From Mytilus californianus (lineage: Eukaryota), in contig NW_026262668.1 of the NCBI RefSeq assembly GCF_021869535.1, positions 50,158,001-50,222,000 on the forward strand: 64,000 bases of DNA, given 5' to 3'. Made by a program: the position numbers and the translations under genes. The stretch's first letter is position 1; each line of letters begins with the position of its first letter. The notes under the pieces were generated by a model. That model saw only the letters and a list, made by a program, of their open reading frames with translations, was not told the DNA's origin and did not search any database. Shown piece by piece: positions 39,151 to 51,889 of the stretch.

Positions 39151-41402
39151 TCGAATCAAATACATATTTATTTAGGATAAAAGAGAGGCGAAGGATACCA
39201 TAAATTGCTATATCAAATGTTTTAGTAAGAATCAGAAATAATTAATATTCAGTTTTCCGTGCGGTCAAATAAGGATAATGTATGAATGAAAGGTGATATC
39301 GCAAAAATATTAGCGCCAGATCAAACATAATGATGTTGATGCAAGAATCCAAGATCTGTTATTGTTACATCGTTTTACAGCATATGACTCTTTTTATAAG
39401 AATTTGACTATGCAGTATTCAATGAAATAAACTTCACCCTAAGATTTATGACTTTACCAAAAATTCTAGCACCTTCCTCATTTACGTGCATATATTTCAG
39501 AAAAAAAAAATGCTGAAGTTGCACTTAATCTATAGAATAGGGATAAATTATTTGCTAATAAATCTTAGAACGATCGATTTTTATTTAGTTTTTCTTTTTT
39601 TTTTCAAATAACGTAAAGTTCCCTTTTTTAATGCCCCCTTATATTCAATAAACGGTTGGCAAACATATAATAGTGGTTCATCTTAAACTGACCTTATCAT
39701 AAATTTTAACATCAATGCACAAGATTGTATATTCCCGTTGATGTATGAAGTAAGAGGACAATAGTTAACCGATGTTCAAATCTCTTAGATCGATAAGGAA
39801 AGAGAAAAAAATGTTGGTATGGTCAAGACGTTTGGTTAAGTAAGCATATGTTCAAGAGAGTTATCTCTCCTTAACCAGTTATTGGGTTTTGTGTAGTCCG
39901 TATTTGGTTGATATATTAGTTTTACAGTTGATTGTTCTATGGATTAATTGTGACCATGCATGTACATGCGTTTGAGAAATAGAACTTCATTAGCAAGACA
40001 GAATCTAAAATTGTTTACCAATTTTTGCATTATGGGCGAGCACTATTGCAGATAAAAAAAGACAAGACCTTCACATATTTAATTCAAAATACTTGTGTCG
40101 AAATAGTCGGTCGACTCCTTATACGAGTTTAATATTTTAATGTCAAGTTTTACCCATTTTTGTGATTTAAATAAAAACAATAATAGTTGACAGAGAGACT
40201 TTATAAAATATAATTGTCTGCAACACAAGATTTAAACATGAATTATACTCTAGTATATACTGTTGGAGAGTTACCATTGTTGAAGATGCACATTGATCAA
40301 GATGAGCAACACAGATTCTTTAGAGCCTCTATTTTATTGCATGTTTGATGTACATGTTGATAGTCCACTGATGGAAATTAAAATGAATACGAATGTGATT
40401 TCTAAAAAATAAATTAACCCCTAAATGTACCTTTTTCATGTCCTTGCCTCAAGTCAGGAACCTTGGCATAAATTATCTTTTTCAAATATCCGATGTTTGT
40501 CTCATGTTACATTTTAATCGGTTGTTTTATATCATATCTCAATGGTTTTTCATGGAATTTTTTTAGGAGATAATTTTGATGTTTTTAGGCCACACACTCT
40601 GCACATGAAAGTCATGTGGCCTGTTGCATGACAAAATATGTATCCCTATTCAACATGTCCTCATTTTCTGGTGGCAATACAAATTAATCTTTAATTACTC
40701 GATCCACTCAATTTCTAGTTTTAATTTTTTTTCGTCTTCATTATGCATGGACTGTTTGCCACTAGACGTGAACCTAAAACAGAGCAACCAATCAATAATT
40801 GTTTTAAGGAATATGTTGTGCAAATATCAGCTATTTAGGGGGGTTTTGTTTAAGTAATTCTCAAGTGTTTGAGTCTGTGGGCGATTTAGGGATTGAATGT
40901 TGAAAAGACACCTGTTTCTTGTTATAAAAAAAGAATTGTATGATGGCCTCAAAATGTATATTGGTTATGTCGTCTTTAACTGGACCATTGATGAATACTA
41001 CAAATTATCAATTCATGTCATAAGCTTGGAAAAGTTGTTTATAGACGAAATCATATGATTCATTTATTTCTCGTAAGAAAATAACAGCTTCCTCAAAATG
41101 TAGAATAACCGATTCAAATGCAACTTGCCTTTTGACGCGTCAAAATGAAAATAGATTTACTTTAAAAATCAAGTTTATACACACAAAGAGGCTGACGTTA
41201 CAAAGGGAACAATAAACAAAAACACAAGTCGAGGAAAAAAGACAATACCATCGCAAGGATTTTACTACCCCAGGAATAGATTTCCTTAGCTGTATTTGTT
41301 AAAATCTTTCGGAGTTTTAGGCCTTCAATACTCTTCAACTCCGTACTTTATTTGGCTTTTTTTTTACTTTTTTTATTCTAGAGTCATTAATGAGTCCTTA
41401 CA

Positions 41403-41924
41403 CTTTACGTCACTGTTTGTGGCGTTGATACATTCGTGTGACGCACAGTTTATAATTCGTTTGTGGTGTTCTTGTGTGCTGTCGTGGATTCATGGAAGGT
41501 GTCCGTTGTTATTCTGTGGTTTACATGCTGTAATGTACTATTATATTATTTATCTATGTGTTTCTCTGTCCTGAGTGTTCTTGCGTTTATTTGTACTGTA
41601 TTCCTGTCACGTAATGTTGTCATTTTAGCGGTATTTTCAACATTGTCATTTAAGCGGGAGGTTCAGCTATCCATAAAACCAGGTTCAACCCACTATTTTT
41701 TCTTAAAATGTCCTTACCAAGTCAGGAATATGGCAGTTGTTATCAAATAGTCCGTTTCTATGTATGTTGGCGTTTGTTTTTTGTTGCAGTTCAGTGTTTC
41801 TGTTGTTCCGTTGTTTTCCTCTTATAGTTGATGTGTTTCCCTCGGTTTTGGATTGAGACCCGGAATTGTTTTCGCTTAATCGATTTATGACTATTGAACA
41901 GCGGTATACTACTGTTGCCTTTAT
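41403..41924 (+). mobile_element. Retroposon-like repeat (3' end ..ACTGTTGCCTTTATTT) with TTACA TSD; family also at 23826-24240 and 36391-36668 in opposite orientation
   Basis: Three near-identical copies share one end and are variably truncated at the other. TSD at 41398-41402 and 41925-41929; empty site near 8700. Confidence 0.7.
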
Positions 41925-43604
41925 TTACAGACGAAACGCGCGTCTAGCTTACAAAATTATAATTCTTGTATATATGATGAGTTTATTATTAAACATATTG
42001 TTCAAAATGCATACGGATAATTCATCAAATGGCAAGTATGTCTGACGGGGACAATTATTTTCAGCTTGGTTCAAACACAATTCTAAATTGGAATTAAATC
42101 TTTAAGGATACTATTGTATTTAGCTCATATGAATATCACATATTGGTTTGCTGCCACTGCTATACTAATAATTCCCGGGAAGAACTGTATGCAAGATTTC
42201 CCTTTGTTCCGACATTTACCATTTTTGCTTAATATATAAACATCTCGCTATCTACATTGATGATAGATTTTTTTAACTGAACCTCAAACAAAATAAGGTG
42301 AATATAAAAGTAAGGAGACGTGGTATGATTGCCAATGAAAAATGAAACAACTATCTACCTAAGTTCAAATGAAGTGGATGTAAGCAATTATAAGTAACCG
42401 TATAGCCTTCAATAATGAGAAAACCCATTCCGTATAGTCGGCTACAAAAATTTACCTTGGACAATTTGAAATATTTGCTTACGGTCCGTGTCCATGTAAT
42501 CATATAAATTTATCTTCAATCGTCACCTGCCTCGAGTGCAGGTAAGTAGTTTCGATCCATGTCCGGGTCAACCGAAAGACTTGGTAGTTGCTGCTTTTCT
42601 GACAAGATCGATAAGAGAGATAGAACAATGACTGGTTGGCCGTGGGTCTGAAACATTGTCCAAGTACGGTAACATGTATTCCTGCGGCCTGTTACCTTTG
42701 AAATTAGAACGTTAAAAATTCGACAAAATGTGTCTGTCTTATTCCTCCAAAGTATGAAGTTATGACATTACAAAATCACTGACGCGGTTCCTGACGCGAA
42801 ACAGGCTTAATATAAGTATGCTTTATAGTTGAAACTGCTTCCCTTACTTAATAATTTTAATTTGGACGTGCAATGTCAACAATATTTTAGTTCACCTTAG
42901 TAAAAGGTTGGAGTAAACAACGGATTCAGCTCTTATATTTCGAGGATTTTGCAATGCAATAACATTTAAAGGTACCACATTACATTTTTATAGATACGCA
43001 TTTTGACAATCAATGTCTCCTTAGTGATGCTCATGGTAATTGATTCAATGCTGAGTGTCCAAAAATCAATGTAGAATATTATGTTGGAACTGGATAATCC
43101 ACAAGAATAGACCATACACATTTGTTTTGTACTATATAATGTTAGCACTTGTTGTATTCACTGTTTAATACTTACTTAACAAGACTGTATACGAACGAAT
43201 CTCAAAAAAACTTTAAAAGGTTTGCAGTAGTAGCGTATAAAAAGCTGACAGGCTGACTAATAAGGGAAATCAGACACTAAAAGAGGACAAAAACAAATAG
43301 CGAGATAAACGAAAACCATACAAAAAAATCTAAAAATATTGATTACAAAAGATTTGTATAATACGTGCTGCTCCAAACAAATATAGTTTGTAATTAAATG
43401 CTCAATGCACATTACTGCAGCATTCATATTATTTTTTAAAGGTCAAGCTCGAATGAACTTGAAGAACTTTCAAAAGCATGTATGTGTAAAGAAAGAACAA
43501 GATAACCCCTGTGTGAAGCTTTCATTTTTTTTAGAAAATAAAGTAATCCATCATTTTAGTGAATAACTGAAATCAAGGTATCAATTTTTATTCCTTATTT
43601 ATTG

Positions 43605-46600
43605 CTAGGCTCGCCGTATCATCATACGTGTTGCCTTCAATGAGTAGTAGTATCCCTTCCAATGATTCCAGTTGACACCAATAGCATGAGTACTGTGTTT
43701 TCCCTTTAGGTACATCCCGTTAAGATTGGATTTATGACAGTTATTATACCACCATCCTCCTTTATACATCTCAGCACAGTTATAAGGGTAAACATCATTA
43801 TCTCTATCCCTTGTAGAAAACCTATATCCATTATGACCGCCGAATGAATTACCTGTATGAAATACATTTTTTTAGTCTTAACTAGTCAGTTAGTGTCTGA
43901 AAAATAAGGATTTACTATTTATCTACTATTGTTATTATAATCATATTAAAGATTACAATATGTAAACATAGAAATGTTGTTTAAATGGTAATACCAAAGA
44001 AATTAAAAAACAAAGATGAGGCTTGAAGGCAATAACGTAATTTGGTCAATAAAATTTAAAAAAAAACATGTGAGTGCAGAGCGAATTGTACCATTTGAGA
44101 AAATAGTGTTTTAACATGTAAAGATCATTTAAACTTGAGGAGGGTGGGGTTAATTGTTTTCTTTTATCATTCTCGTTTTATCATTTTCGTACTACGCAAT
44201 CATCAAATTATTTATTTTTTGTCACACCAATTTTTTTTCTTAGAACTTAACATTTAATTTAATGGGAAATACTCAAACATGCTGTTTTCCCTCTCCATGA
44301 TCAAAGTTGTGACTACGTTTTAAGAAAAAACCATAACATCCCCCCTCGTCGGATTAAATGATCATTTCCTTAGCTTACTTGTTTGAAGCTACCACTGTGG
44401 CCTTAACATATCGCAGTTGATATGCTACGTTCATGCATACATTATACGGACTTCATTTACATGGTAGTGCTCCTTACGCAAAACTTCTTCAGCAGGGTTC
44501 TGAAAAAACTATTCTACACAGGTTTCGGAGTTACCATCATAATTTTGATAACCATCCATGTGGCTCTGTCTCAACTCATGAGAAACAGGGTTTCGAAGTC
44601 TTAAATCTTAAGATACCAGAAAAGTCTAAAGTGAAAATTTACAAATTGTGTCCTATTCCTTATCTTCCATTTCGTCTAAGTTTACATTTGAATGGCGGGA
44701 ATCTTACAATTAAAGGTAAAGATTTACATTAATGTTGACGAAAAGATACAATTTATTATTAAACAATAACCGTTAGAGTATATGGAAAGTAGGTAAGCAT
44801 CTTACTATTACCTATATTGTAATTATCATACCTATTTTTCAATGACACCAAAACAGTATTGCAATTGTATAATCCGATTTTAGTCTTTGGGATACAAACT
44901 GGTTAAAACAATAGTCTTCTAATTAGTCTTGATTTATTGTTATCAAGACGTTGAAATAAAACTCTTTTATAAGAATAAAAGTTGATGTCGGATAAAAATC
45001 AATTTGACAAAATCTATACAATCTAGACAAAAAAATATATATATACATTCAAAGACAATAATAAACCTAATTACGCAACGATAATCGAAAACGGACTGTC
45101 AGCACTGTCGTCAAAACAAATATTTGGAAAAATACTTATAGTATTCGAAACATTAGAGTGGCAAAAGAGATGCAAAAGATACCAAAGGGACATTCAAACT
45201 CATAAGTCGAAAATAAACTGACAACACCATGGCTAAAAAACCAACTCGTGATGGCGTCCGTAAAATTTACGAAGGGATATTTCAATCTCACAACTTCCTT
45301 GTGAGCAGCCACCCTCTTTATCAAGGAAATCATCATAGGAAATACAAGCCCAGGAATATCATATCAACCGGGAGATATATACTTCGTATGCACGCGCTGC
45401 AAGAATGTTGCTACATAGAAATGGAAACTTCATAATATGGAAACTGTAATCACCTTTTTTTGTCGTAAACTTTTGTTTTCAACCGTTCAACCGACCTGCT
45501 TTATCAATTTCTAGATGTAAGTCAAGATATGTGGCAGACTTAACTGTATTTGTTGTATCTTTTATTTCAAGTTCGATGGAATAGCTGCGTTCAACATAGT
45601 CACCAAATTTTGAATTATTTAGTGAGAAAACATCACCTATATGACGTAGAGTATTATATATAAATTAATAATAATTAGATTTATGGTATCTATAATATTG
45701 TAATTGTTATATTATTCTATTCAATTATCATGAATTATATTACCTGCAGTTCCAGTGTAACCAGTTACCTCCAGCTTGTACCCTGACTTTTCGTTCTTAA
45801 CAACAAAATTGTTGTAGATGGCATATCGGTGGTTATTTTCAAAGTCCCACATATCTATCCGCAATATGTAATATCCCTGTTCTGTCAGTTTGTTCAAATA
45901 TTCATTCCCTATATATAGTAATAGTTGCCCAATTTACAATAACAAAAAGTGTTGATATATTTCAATTAAAATATTGATGAACACATACATGTACTTCACC
46001 AAATGAACAACATTGCAAGAATATGAAATAACCAGCTACATCTCCTTTTTACTCATATCATAAGAAACTATACTGTGCTGTTAAAGTCGTAAGAAGCAAA
46101 GAATATTAAAACCTTTCGAAGCATTAAGATTTTTACCCTAAAAGCATTGTTGACATGAGCAATATTCGGAGCAACTTTTTTGGACATTTTTGGTTAGATA
46201 AAAACTTTGATGAGATTTTAGATTTGTATTTAATTGTATTTAAAAACAATTAGGCAGAACAATAATATATTAATCAACCTTACCCAACCAGAAATCTTCT
46301 TTTAAATTCCCAAAGCCATTTTTATACGACTCCCAGTCTCTGTAAAAGCCAACAAAACCATTGGTTCTTCGTTGGAATAACTGTGGAAGAAAATGCCATT
46401 AAGATATCATTTCAGAGATGAATGAAATTTGACTTCGTTACATGTATCTTTATTAATCAGGGTATACTTTCTATACCTGTTGTTTGTTCTTCAATACATT
46501 ATGTTATTAGTATTATATCTCAAAACAGCATATCATACCCGTAGTTCGTTTGTGCTGATATTATTATATGTTAATTATATAGCACTCCTTTTACGAATTA

Positions 46601-48278
46601 ACGTATTAAATGCACGAATAGCGTTTCGTTTATCATACCGAAATATCATGAAATAAAATGTTTTTCTTTAAATACATGGTAGTTTTCATTTTCATTTTTC
46701 TTTGTATAATGTATTATTCAATTTATCGAAATGTAAAAAGGAGGAGGGCTGGGTTCTAAAAACACCCAAAAAACTTGTCCTTAATCATCCTCGTCATTGA
46801 ATGTCTTTGTTCATATAATGTGTTGTGTTTTTCTTTGAATAAGTAGGGTTTTGTGACAGGATATTAAGCAGTCTATTGTTGATTGGGTTGCTGCCTTCTT
46901 GACGTTTCTCCCTTTCTTCATATAAGCACGGTTCTGTGGCATTGTTGTTGCATATCAAAAGGGATTACGATATCGTACATTTGTACTTGTGGACTCTTTA
47001 TTTTACGTTTTCCTTTTTTAATAACAAACATTAAACTATAGTTTATAGGTTTATCTGAATTTATTACATAAACTAATCAAACTTTTTTCAATTTTTAAAT
47101 CACTTTTCTAAAACAGCACAACTTTCAGTATATATCATACAAACCGTCCAACCACCTCCGAAACTCTTCATATCACAAAAGACACGGAAACCGGAAGTTC
47201 CATCCGGGTAAATTGTATAGACCCCACTTTTGCTTTCTGACTTTTTCATGGCACCACAGTCCGAAGGTCGGGCGCCTAAACCTATATAAAAAATAATGAT
47301 GATATTACTCTCGAATATGTCCTATTCTATCAATTTGCTATTTAACAAACTAAGGTACCGATTCCCTCTGGCAATGTTGATCTTAGATGAATTTAGCTAT
47401 TATGTTAAGGTCCTTTTTGGTCATATAGCTTCTAATGTTTCTGCGTAGTTACGCATCCCTGGCTAACAAATATTCGGTTTAAACGTTCCTGATGAAGGTA
47501 AATCCAGAAAAGTGATTCAGACGTACTAAATGTATAATGTGTTTATTTCATTTGCAAATGATAAGTAATTTCGTGTTAACAGGCTGCCAAAACTGTCCAT
47601 TTAAAATTAAATATTTTTGATAGACGGAAAACATTTTTTGTATCTACATACTTTGATCTATCCTTTTATGATAATACTTATAGTTCCATGTACAATTTTT
47701 TGTTTGTTAAAGTTTGAAAGAATAATCTCAAATAACAATTTTTTTTTAATGTAGCACATTACCTTTGGAAGGGGACACAATGCACTGACTCGTAGTTTCT
47801 GTGATAAGATTAGCCACTTTGTCTGCTACATCCCTGACACATTTCTCTACAATGAAATTGAGAATGGAAATTGGGAATATTTGAAGACATCTTATTATAA
47901 TTTCAATCATTAAAACTATTGAAAACAAATATGCTAGATGTGAACTCGAAAAGTTCAAACAATATCGTCGTAAAATTGCAACAAAATGTTCTCGTAGCCG
48001 AATTTTTTATTCAAATTGTCAAAGAAGAAAATGTTTTAAACGTGGTCTTTTAAAAACGCGTGATGATTTATTGCTAAATTATATACCTATATGGAATTAT
48101 TATAACTTGGTACTTGATCTAAATTTTGTTTTCGCGGTCAATGTGTTCATTGATTTCAAATCAATTTGTTCATCAAATCAAACATTATATTGTGCATTTT
48201 CCTACCTTTGTTTATTTCCTTGCCATAGCTTTGTACAAAAACGAGAAGAAAGCCGGTTAACAACAATTCCATATGCAT
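43605..48278 (-). CDS. Gene E: intact secreted FReD/ficolin-like protein, 6 coding exons, 267 aa
   Basis: E1 48206-48278, E2 47763-47846, E3 47145-47281, E4 46284-46380, E5 45744-45908, E6 43605-43852. All introns are GT..AG; 804 nt in frame with no internal stop. The signal peptide [19 protein letters not shown] and all four canonical FReD cysteines are present. Confidence 0.93.
45150..45650 (-). mobile_element. Degenerate Penelope-like RT fragment in intron 5 of gene E
   Basis: Minus-strand translation [53 protein letters not shown]. Confidence 0.75.
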
Positions 48279-48798
48279 TGTATTCCGATTTTGACTTAAA
48301 AACAAAACAAATAAATATGTTTCCTTACTACTAGTATTTTGACTACATATAATGCCATATAAATATACGTATAGACTTTTATAAATGTTGTTGCGTGTTA
48401 TATGTAATATGAGAGGCATTATTTTCCTGATCATTTAATCGACTAAATTCTGTCATTCCCAAAACAGGTTCTACATTCTTAAAAGTGCTAATACGTACCA
48501 AATGTCATTGACTGTATACAGAATTAGTTTAATTTCTATTGTTATTATATTAAAGCCTCCAGTCTGGTGTGGTCTTGTGTAATAACCAATATATTTGGTA
48601 ATTTCTGTTTTCCTATTTATGTATTATTAAAATTGTGTCATTTATGACAAATAAGATGTGACTAAAATTGTACAATTTGTGTCTCTTTAAAAAAAATCCA
48701 ATAATTGCAAAACAGTTTTAAAAACCAAAGAGGACGATGCTCGAAAGATATAAAGCAAATGGAACCAGACAGGTTAACGGACAAATGCTAACAGATAT

Positions 48799-50136
48799 AA
48801 AAAAAAAAGATGTGGCATAATTGCCAATAAGCCAACTCTTCACACTCCAACACTTAGCAACTTTAGGTCACCGTACGGCCTTAAACAAATAGCAAAATTC
48901 ATACCGCATAGTCAGCTATAAAAAGCCCCGAAATGACAAATGTAAAACAATTCAAATGAGAAAAATAACGGCCTGAGTATTATGCACAAAACAATGAACG
49001 CAGATGAAATATGATATACAGCAACAAGCCACAACCACTTAAATGCAGGCTCCTGACTTGGGACAGGCACATAGATAATGTGGCGGGGTTAAACATGTTT
49101 CCCCCTTACCTTTAGCAATGGTGTATCATCACATCATATGAACAAACTACAAAAATCAGTTGAAAAGGACTTAACTCATCAGATCAATACAAAGCAGAAA
49201 AACAAGTAACAAAAACACAGACCGGACGTGGCATGGTATTTATACATCCCACAACAAAAAGACACTATGCACAGATCTGAGAGTACTCACAGTAAGTGAC
49301 AGCTAGTTCAAAGCCAACAACAACTTATAAAAAAAATCATTTATCTAAGACTAAAATATAAATCAGTTCACATCCAACATCCAATGGATTTAGCGTAAAG
49401 ACGCAAATAACAGTCAGAGAAAGACATGACATGCAATGCAAAATTACTGGTACTTACATATTGTAGAACCTTGCATGTGCATAACAATAATTTCGTTTGA
49501 TTTTAAAATTTACCGATAACAAAATCAACATTTATACAAATAAAAACAATATTCAAGGATCTAATTACGGTGTTGAATTGATAACAGTTTAGAAAAAAAG
49601 TTTATTTGAAGGATCGATAAGTTTATCCGGATCGTATCTAAATTTCCAGGCTCGGTAAACATTAGGATGTGCTATCCCGTTTGAAATGAGATACAGCAAA
49701 ACTTCCAAACCAATTTTTTTTTGTATTGGAAGAATTTAGTAAAGGTGTTAAGTAATTTGAGGTAACGAAATCCCTGACTTAATACAAGAAATACATAGAT
49801 TACGTTCATCGAAATCAAAAACGTCACTACAGACACGGGCATAACGAACCAGTTGTGATATATAAACGCCGTAAGATGGTGCCAAATGAACATCACCATC
49901 CAAAAAAAGGAAAGTTAACAACAGAGAAAGAAAAAACTTCCCTGTTGTCGTAATTTTTTTTTTGTAGAGTTTCCCATGTGAAAATGAAATATATAAATTC
50001 AAGAAAGGACAGTTATTACCGTTTATATTTGAGTGATTTACAGGAAGTTCCTTTGGATAAACTTCGGCAGTATATTTAGAAAATTCTTGATTATTTAACG
50101 AAAAAATATCATTAAAATAACGATAAGTGTATACAA
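48799..50136 (-). mobile_element. Penelope-like element insertion (RT C-terminus plus long 3' repeat) in the 5'-UTR intron of gene E
   Basis: ORF 49748-50167: FNDIFSLNNQEF..YPKEL..CPFLNL..FLDGDVHLAPSYGVYISQLVRYARVC. The whole segment is absent from the homologous intron of gene A near 7570. Confidence 0.75.
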
Positions 50137-51354
50137 GACATGTATATGAAAACGTTAAAAAAAACAAAGAAGTTATTCAAATTTTCGTTATTTGGTGTCT
50201 GGTGGATAGTTCACTACTGGAACAATGCCCCGTAGATTGGCCGTGAAAATGTTCGTAAAAATGCTGGTGATTTTTACAGTGTTTGTCACGGTTAATTTAC
50301 GGTGGGCAGTAACACTTATCCGTGACAATGCCGTGGAATGACTGTCGTGAAAAGGCTGTGAAAAGGCCGTGAAGAGGTGCAACCTGAAAACTTGGGTGAA
50401 AAGACCGTAGAAACCCTGTGAAAAAAAATGTACACCGTGAAAAAGTCGTAATAATGCATTATGTGCCCATTGTGAAAAGACCGTGAAATGTAGATATAGT
50501 ACAGTATATGCCTTTATTTGTCGTGAAAAGGCCGTGAAAAGGTGCCAACTGAAAACTTTGGTAAAGAGACCGTAGAAACCCTGTGAAAAACAAAAATGTA
50601 CACCGTGAAAAAGTCGTGATAAATTATGTGCTCATTGTGAAAAGACCGTGAAATGTACATGTACTACTGTGATAAACAGCCATTCACTGATTGTGAAAAC
50701 TTCTGTATAATGTTAAATGTGATTTTCAGGCCATAATTTAACAAAAAATTTAAATGCTGTTTCAATCAAGTGAAGTGAAATGCCTGAAAACCTAGTGTAA
50801 ACATCTACAGACAACTTATTTAAGTACAATGCAAGTGAGACTATGAAAAACCATATTAAAATGCTGTATTTTTTTAGTAATAATTGTGACAAAGAATACA
50901 AATATTAATTTTAATAGAACTGTAGTAATTATGTAAAGAAAACATAAAAGCACACACATGTCAATGTGATTAAGTAGCTAAAGTCAGCTGTAACATGCAT
51001 GTATTGTAGAAATTTTGTACATCTCTTGGGTCTGATTTTACCACTAGAGCAATATTTGTCTAATGTAATCCTTCACTTCACTGCCCTTTTGAATAACTAT
51101 TCCAGAAAAACATTTATAGAAGTTCCTGTTAATTCCCAGGAAATACTTTTAACTGAAAAGCTCTTCTTTCCAACTGGATTCCTGAACTATTTTATATAAA
51201 GACTGCTATATCCTTTTGCTCTTCATTCCTAAAATAAATAAAGAAACATTACATGTCTTATACATGTATATAAAAAAACTATTTATATATTCAAATTAAT
51301 TTTTGGCATTTATGTACATACATGTACTTAAAACAGCTACAAAATTATTTCATG

Positions 51355-51566
51355 CAATACAGGACTTCACGGTTAATGACCCCATATTGAATAGGGGGCA
51401 GATTTTCATACTGAAGGTGAAAATGGTATGAAAAATACTATAAAACATCATTGAAACAGAACAGCCACTTGGAAACATGCAAATGTTTTCCCATATTTTC
51501 ATACCATTTTCCAGAAAATCTGCCCCTATCCAATATGGCATCATTAGTTAACGAAGTTCTGTATTG
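51355..51566. mobile_element. MITE nested inside the CACTA element
   Basis: About 75-bp imperfect TIR (CAATACAGGACTTC..CCATATTGAATAGGGGGCAGATTTTC..GAAAATGGTATGAAAA and its reverse complement). Confidence 0.65.
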
Positions 51567-51731
51567 TCAACTTATATTATTTTTTTTAGATTTTTTTAAA
51601 GACTGAAGATACTTTTAAGACAGACTATTAAATTTAAATGTTTCTTTGGAGTAATAATATGTATGGCTAAAGCCAAACTTGTCTAGACTAAGTGGCCGTA
51701 ATGAGTCACAGCTATTTATTTTACAGGGGGC

Positions 51732-51889
51732 CAGGGGCGTAGCAACTTTTACTGCAGGCACATTCGCCATACCAATTATTTTTGAAACACCTCATTGCCA
51801 TACCAATTATTCTTATGATATGGCACAAACCCTTCTAGAAAGGACATTTTGCCGTACAAATATTAAATTCTTTCCCTGCTACGCCTCTG
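51732..51889. mobile_element. Small hAT-like MITE nested inside the CACTA element
   Basis: 13-bp TIR CAGGGGCGTAGCA / TGCTACGCCTCTG; no 8-bp TSD visible. Confidence 0.45.
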
